A stretch of 64,000 nt of DNA from Basidiobolus meristosporus CBS 931.73 (taxonomy: Eukaryota > Fungi > Basidiobolomycota). The notes under the pieces are model-generated. The model worked only from the letters and a program-made list of their open reading frames with translations, did not search any database and was not told the DNA's origin. Position numbers and translations under genes: made by a program. Positions 53,621 through 64,000 of this stretch are shown one piece after another. The DNA lies in NCBI GenBank assembly GCA_002104905.1, contig MCFE01000012.1, positions 1-64,000 of the forward strand, written 5' to 3'. How positions within the stretch are numbered: position 1 is the first letter of the stretch; each line of letters begins with the position of its first letter.

Positions 53621-55162
53621 CACTTCATTCACTGTTGTTTGCGTTTATGAGTTACGAGTGGTTCAAGACTAGGAGTCAAGGTTGTGTAAAGGTAGGGAAC
53701 TGTATTAGACTAGCTAATGATTAAATTTTAGAGGTAAATATTGAAGGATATATGAAAGTATTTCCAAGAGAGAAAGAGCAAGTTACACTAATAAATAAAA
53801 GGAGTAAGCGCAAGAGCGGAAGGAAAATATGACAAGGAAGACAGGGGCTGGATAATGTCGACAAGGGAGAAAGCGGTGTGGAGCTGTTAGAACGTACATA
53901 AAAATGCAGTCGCACTAACCAATAGAACTCGGAGGGATTCACGAAAACATAATAAATGTTGAGTAAATCGAAGTAGGAGAAGCATGTAAAAGTACCAGCA
54001 TTGAAAATGATCACTTTCTAACTTCCCCACATATCATCATGATTAAGGATGTCTTCACAAAACTTGAGCATGTAGGGTGTTCCTTAATTGAATGGAATGG
54101 GTTATAAATATGAACACACACTATGTTCGTGGTGGTCTCAATTTAATCAATATACACAGTAGAGCACACTACTAGATTAACATCAGATTGTGAATGATAT
54201 TAGGAGGTTCTCCTTTGGAGGAAATCATGCGACTCTACTGTGGAACTCAAGTGGTCAGTTCCTGATAGTATCATGTAATTTTGTCGATAGCAAAACAATG
54301 GTCGAGCTATGAGCCTTCAATGGCTCAAAAAAGCTAAGAGCATAGGAAAGCGTTATGATGTTTCATAAGACGTGCATGATATATGTCATTAGTAAACCTG
54401 GTCTGGATTTTACCTTTATTACTATCTCTAGTCAAACTCAATCAATTTCTACTCATTGCATCCTTAGCTGTGAAACGATCACGACCGCATGACTGCGAAA
54501 ATGTCGGCGCTTTTGAACAGTCTCGCAAGCATTGGCGTCCTATTTTCAATGGGATCTTCACCAAAACCAGCAATGAAATGAATTTTATAGGTGACGATGA
54601 TATGCCCGATTTCATGAGTCCGACATTGTTGGTATCCGTGTCAGGTGCTTAGGCAACTTATTTTTATCATTTGTTTAGGGATTCGATGGGTCCCTAGTGG
54701 ATTCCTATAGAGTAGTTGTGTGTGTGGTGGATGTGGATTCCTCACCCTTGTTCTAAAAAGCCACATCAACATGGATTGAAGGTATTTGTGCTTGTGATCA
54801 GGATTTCATTGGAACATGCAGCAAGCTCAAGATAGTTTGGCAATTAGACCAGGTATATGAGAAACATTGGAGTACTCTTGCAGCGGTCGATTAAAATTGA
54901 TTTGAGGGGTTGCAGGGAGGCTTATGAAAGTGTCGTATAACATTGTGGATGATCTAAAATGAGACTACGTTCGTCCCTCTGAACCAAACATGCTCAAAAC
55001 TTGATTGACTGATAGCTCTTATTCCCCCAACTGATACCTTGCCAAAGTTGGTTTTAATCACGATGTCAATTAAATTCAGTCATGGATCCACATATTTATA
55101 CTCCACAACGATTGATATCAAGCTAGCATATATTTCCTTGCTGATACACAAGGTAGAATTAG

Positions 55163-55188
55163 AATGACGTACGGTACCGTACGTCATT
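55163..55188. repeat. Perfect 26-bp palindrome with no spacer
   Basis: AATGACGTACGGTACCGTACGTCATT equals its own reverse complement (13 pairs checked). Confidence 0.97.
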
Positions 55189-55265
55189 GGTTGTAATTTT
55201 ATTATTCAAGCGTAGATATACATCCACCATCACAACTAGAAATAATCCAGAGTTAAACATCTTTT

Positions 55266-55291
55266 TTAGGGTTAGGGTTAGGGTTAGGGTT
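55266..55291 (+). repeat. Interstitial telomeric repeat (TTAGGG)4TT
   Basis: Direct reading; four perfect tandem units in intergenic DNA. Confidence 0.97.
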
Positions 55292-56233
55292 GTGTTGAAC
55301 TTGGGGTTATACTACCTACAATCCCGTAATATTTTCTGGGCGCAAGGCTGACTTGGCCAATTACGAAAGAAGGGTTTCTTATCTTCCAGACTACGTCAAT
55401 GTGTGAGTCAATATCTTGTACTAATGGTCATTAGCAACTCCGGCTTCAGAGAGCTGTTGACAGATTCACCATGCTTGGCATACCCCTGACAATGCACTTA
55501 CCATAACGAATGCCATAGGTCCACAGGATCCCACATTCATGGGAAATAGGCTTGAGAGTGCAACGTATTCTATTTATTGGATTTCGACCACTGTCTCTCA
55601 ATTTGGCATTTATGAAAATGAAGCTGGTGCTCCACATGTTTACAATGGGAGTGTAATACTTACCCATGTTGTTTCTTTCAAGAAACATTTCCGCGAATTT
55701 CGAAATAACGGCTATTCAAGCAAACGCTAAAATTACCGATCAATCATCAAATTGCAACAATCAATGGAGCTGCTGGCAAAAAGTGGCTTCCTTTACTCGT
55801 GATGCTTACTTTCTCAGAGGTGAGATGCATTGCGATGAACAAGATTCCCCGGAATAATATATGGCCATAAATATTTGGTGGTGTGGGAATATTGTGAAAA
55901 TGTTCGGGTTGAAGGTGGCGAAATATATATGTAAATTGGTAATGACTCATGTGTTCTTGGGTTTCCGAGGAGTGTCTGGTGACCCATAAATCGGAAATTT
56001 TTGAAGTCTACCCTATATTATGAGTGGTGAATGACGATACATCATAACCCCGTAAGCATTAGGACTCTGTTTACTAGCAAAAGTGGTGTTTTGACCCATA
56101 ACAAGCTTATAGATTCGGATAAAAGTAGTAGAGCTCTTTAGATTTCAACACTTATTGTGCCAACTACGAGACTTCACTCATTGCTCATTATAAAGATATT
56201 TTCCATTCTCGATTTATCTAATTTATTTCGGTC

Positions 56234-59402
<3,169 letters not shown>

Positions 59403-59931
59403 TTTCTAGACTATTCAATCTCCACCCGAATCCTTCAACTCCATTAAAATCACCCTAATATTCAGGATCTAATGATATATGCTCAAGCTAACCTATCCTC
59501 CCAACTCTGATCTGAGCGCTCTTTCGATTACATCGGGGTTTATCATTTTTACCTCCTGCCTGCTTCACTTCGTCCTGACACGAAAATTAGTAAAGCAATC
59601 TACATGCTGATTGAGGTATCAATCATCTCACCAAGCGCTTTAAAAGCATTTCTGGTGATGGCTTCAGTGCTGTATGTTTCATGCCCCCATACAAATTATG
59701 AATGGAAAAACCGACCGATATTCAACACGTGGTACTGAATCAACAAGGTTGAACTAGATGTACCTACTCCATCTCAAATGCTTAAACGGGGTTTTTAATG
59801 AAAATAGACAACTGTATATATACGTTACTCTGCTCAGGCTGGTTTCCCATGGGACCGTTACAGTGCAACTATGAAGATTCATCATGTATATATGGGTATA
59901 GAGGATCGATTATTTAGAAGCCAGCACAAGA

Positions 59932-61865
59932 TTATGGCAATGGTTCTTCACTATCACTGAGTCTCGAGAGATGAAGATAAGCATCAGTTCCATAACTATA
60001 CAATAACAAGTTGAGCATGTGGCGGACGGTTAACAGAGACAAGTGAGCAATTACCCTTCCATGGAGATAATCTTCAAGTCACCACCAAAGTATCTAGCAT
60101 ACTAAATGCATAGAATATGGTTAGTTCAAGATTTAACGCCATTTAATTAGCGAGCTGCTACAATACCAATCGACTTAAAGGCAATCCATAGCCAAAGCCA
60201 GCAAGCGGGGCCTTGAAATCGCTTCTATTGAAATCCGGATCTAGGGAAGGAGTAGAGGCTGTCGTATACCTGTAAACAAATACTCGTTAGGAAACCACAG
60301 CATAATGCATGTCCACGGCGATGCTGAACGTACATATAAGTCCAAACCATGGGCAAGCCGCTTCGAGGAATGCCGCCACCTTCGTCTGAGACCTTGATAG
60401 TAATGTCCTAGATAATTGATAGCACAAGTTTCAACATTACTGCGAGTCAAAGTACAATATCAATACAAACTCCACCTCTTTCCCCTCTGCGACAATAATC
60501 TTGATTGGCGGATAATCTTCGTCTGAATCAGGGCCATATGTATCAACCACGGCTCTCAGACTGTTTTTCAACAATTCAAACAACATGTGGTGCAGATGGC
60601 TAGGAACATACATAAATTCCAAGTCATCTTTGCAAATAAGCTTGACTTCAGGAGCTCTGAATAGGCCATAATAATCTTCACAGATAAACTTCGCGTTATC
60701 AATTGCTTCTTGGGTGACTTCGGCCAAATTTGTGTTCGTACAAATAATCCCAGCATAATCCGAGTTGTGTGGCCCTTTCTGGAGAGCAATATGTTGACCT
60801 TTGTATTAAATAATTTAGCGTTCTGTAAACCTACTATACACATGCTCATCGCACTTACCAATTAGCATACGAATTCCTATACGCGACATGTAGAAACGAT
60901 CCAGAAAAGATTGTATATCAACATCCAGATGATTAGATCTACGCGCACTCTTAAACTCCAAAATTCCATTTGCTGCAAATAGAGTTATACCTATGTGCTT
61001 GATGACATCATGATACTAATAAAGTTTTGCATACCCTATGATAAGCACAAAGTTAGTGTGAGATGAAGTCTACATAGAATGCTAGGGTGCTTACAATGGT
61101 TGTAACAACAGGGTCGTGTCTTCTTTTTACCCCCTCAATTAGGCGACAGAATGCGTTGTTGTATTCGATGATCTCGGGAGGAAACTCGATATCTTCTACT
61201 GAGGCATAGTACCTGCACATTGTAAATACTTCAGCGATTTGGGGGAGGTTTAGACTGCTATAGAAAAGCAAGATACCTATGAGGGAAAGGAACTGAAGAT
61301 TTTCCATTGACAACATCCGGATTCTTATAAGAATTTGGTATTTCAATTCCTGCCCCGACAGGTCGTAGAGTGGCCTTTAATTTCTTCTTCACTTCTTGAG
61401 GTAAGTTTGGTCTGGGGAAGCTTGTCAAATCCTTGGATTTTATTATTACCTATACAACAAAATATCCTAGAAACCCATTTCGAACTTACTTGAAACGAAT
61501 CAGCATACCAGTTCTTCACTTTGATTACCGAAGGCATTAAGCTAAGACCATGGGGAAGATTCTCCAACTCAACAACTCGTCTTGCAAGACGGATGGGGAG
61601 TTCCTCTAATAGATTCTTAGTGTAAGTATATGGGAGATAAGCATGTAAGTATAGAATATCAAACCCATTAAAAATTGGCTAGCCCTCAATAAGGTTCCCT
61701 GAGAAGGCTCTTGGCCTAATAAGATAGATTAGCGCGTCATTCCTTGACTTGAATGTAGTTGATATACTAACCAAACTTCACCATCTGTCTAAGAGATACC
61801 CCTGTTTGAGGGAATGTAGCGAAATATTTTATTTTGTCATAGAGTTTTGTTGGAATCTTATTCAT
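59932..61865 (-). CDS. Mitochondrial pyruvate dehydrogenase kinase (PDK/BCKDK family), multi-exon
   Basis: [112 protein letters not shown]. Confidence 0.95.
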
Positions 61866-63512
61866 TGTCTTGAAAAGGAGCGCAACAGCTTGGAGAGAAA
61901 GAAGATGTGTGGAAGCGAGTTTTATTGTTGTGGTATTCTCGCCACATTATAATTATTTACCCATGATTGAAATCCAAGTCACAGGCAGATGGTTGAAGGT
62001 GTACAACTGAAGAGCCTCTAAAAGCACGTGACTGCAGAAGGTAATTTGTTTATAGCGTAGAGTTTTCCCGCAATCTCCCACAATGTGAACATCTTGAACA
62101 TCTACCTGGCACATGCTGAGTACTGTAGAAATACAATGAACAAAGATCTCATCACTCGGTACAAATTACGACAAAGCAAGTTGAAGCGCCGATTCAAACT
62201 ATGATGCTGCCCAGAAGACAACCTATGAACGATTAGTTGACTGATCATCTAGATTTGGCATTAACCTTAGCACACCGCCGTCGTTTCCAGATTACAAACA
62301 ACATCTTAATTTGGAATTCTTGGAGATGATTTGTCAAACGGCCCGCATCAGATGGCTTAAAATGACAAATCATGGCTAAATCATTTCTCGCAGACCAACA
62401 AACGCGGGCCAATATAGAATGGCATTTCCAGCGATCAAGAGCTATGATTGACACCCTCGGTACAGCAAACCCAGAATTTTTATTCACAAACAGCAGTAAG
62501 AGACAAGAATAAATTCACCCATTGCAAAGCCATTTATTAAACATTCCGAAACGGCTGATTGACACAATGGTGACATGACGCCAACAACTCAGTTTCAAAA
62601 ACCATCTACACCCTATTACGTTTTGGCTGAAGACAAACACATACAGCTCAGAAACGTAGCACAATATCAGCAAATATATGACGTTTCCTACTGATCTATA
62701 GTGGTATGAAGTGGTTCTCTGGTGCATGGAATTTAATTAATCGCACAGGTTTGGGCCAGAATGCTAATTTTAAGTCCTTATTCGTTACAGAGGGTCTTTC
62801 GGTACCTTTTAGCCGAGACTAACCAGTCAAATAGTGTTGACCGTCTGCAATTAGTCTTAAACTCACAGCCAAAACTATTCTCCAGTCACCGGTCTCAATC
62901 CATCCAGGATATTTGTCTAGTCCATTCAAGTATGACTGTTCGAACACGTGCTATGCACCAGGTTATTCTCGAAGGTCTCCATCTGCTTCAATGAACGAAG
63001 ACCACCCTCTCTCATTGACGTTTCCCGGGATATACGTACTACCTGCGTATATCATTAGAAGGTATGTTGTCATACTCACAGCTCTTTACCGTATGTTTGA
63101 TAGTTTCGTTTACGAGGCATAAGTTTATGAAATTGTTACTGTTACTCTACGCAAGGATAACAGTCCAGAGCGGGTATCAATTAATTTAGGTAATACCTTG
63201 GCAATTTCGCTTCTGAATCATTATTTGCTCAATATATATAATCGGAGCTATCAATGATGCTGAAGTTCTTAATTCCTCAGTTCCATATCTTACCAAATAG
63301 TATAATTAAAATGATACATGGATAGTATTTTTCTTACGTATCCTAATCCGCACAAGCTTATAACCTCAATATCTTGTTACTCGGCGCAGCAGGAAGTTAA
63401 CATAGCCAGTTGATTTTCTACACTTCCAAATTCACGTTGCTTCCACTTCACTTAATCTCTTTTAAATACATTCCCTTTCGATTGCTTATTTCCAACTGTG
63501 GATTAATACAGC

Positions 63513-64000
63513 TTGAACAGCAGTCGGAGAAACCTGCTCCCCCAAAGTTACATACAGATGCATTTGGGAAGGATTCTTAACCGACACGTATTTAGTCGGT
63601 TTATAAGCGGGCAATATGCCCGTTTGATACGTGAAGCCTGCAAAAGCATGAATCCAGATAGTGAAAAAGAGGCACTTTCGGATGCTTCTGACATTCTTAT
63701 CTCCATGTCGCAAGAAGAGTCGGAGTTTATTAAGATCGTATTAACTATGGTAGAAATACTTGATCATTCGGATCCACTGTCGTCGGCATTTCTGTGTCAT
63801 ATCCTTGAGCTCGCTGCGCTGCCTTCCATAAAGACCGTGTTAAAAGTCAATGCGTGCCTTCTACGCAAGATCCATTCAAAAATGCCGTTTCATCATAAAC
63901 TGAAGCAACGTTATCGGCTAAACGCAAGCATTGTTTGGTGTGTCTTAGCAGAAAGGCTTGCCGGTCAGTAGAAAGTTAACCACAACCGGTCGCTTCTAGT
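63513..64000 (+). CDS. RSPRY1: RING finger and SPRY domain-containing protein 1-like; 5' part, truncated by the window end; start uncertain
   Basis: SQEESEFIKIVLTMVEILDHSDPLSSAFLCHILELAALPS...NASIVWCVLAERLAG resembles the RSPRY1 N-terminal block (DPLGPAVITLLL...NTSAVLGCLAEKLAG). Confidence 0.7.

Noticed and set aside
54670-55100. HAD-hydrolase-like words (GFDGSLVDS ... DPHIY)
   Set aside because: The first catalytic Asp is missing, there are many stops, and the intervening sequence does not align.

Overview
This is eukaryotic genomic DNA with short (mostly about 50-100 nt) GT-AG introns. Gene content points to an early-diverging fungus (Zoopagomycota/Mucoromycota type); this is an inference from a Rrm4 orthologue, an FNIP gene with a U12-type intron, DPP8/9, RSPRY1 and a group-XII PLA2-like gene. 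Recognisable genes in order: peroxisomal 2,4-dienoyl-CoA reductase, a divergent DYRK-like kinase, an NPR/HAL kinase, FNIP/Lst4, Rrm4 (3 RRM + 3 MLLE), uracil phosphoribosyltransferase, perilipin, an orphan multi-pass membrane protein, a DUF1770-like protein, a bacterial-type SAM methyltransferase, a GPI-type surface protein, a PLA2-XII-like secreted protein lacking the catalytic His-Asp, Bsd2/NDFIP, kinesin-4, DPP8/9, pyruvate dehydrogenase kinase and the start of RSPRY1. Features the ORF track misses: a minor-spliceosome intron in FNIP, a diverged U6 snRNA-like sequence near 42.1 kb, a CpG-free Ty1/copia relic, a 56-aa secreted-peptide ORF, a perfect 26-bp palindrome and an interstitial (TTAGGG)4 tract. 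I found no rRNA, tRNA or CRISPR. All identifications are by eye; no database was searched, and several exon boundaries are approximate.
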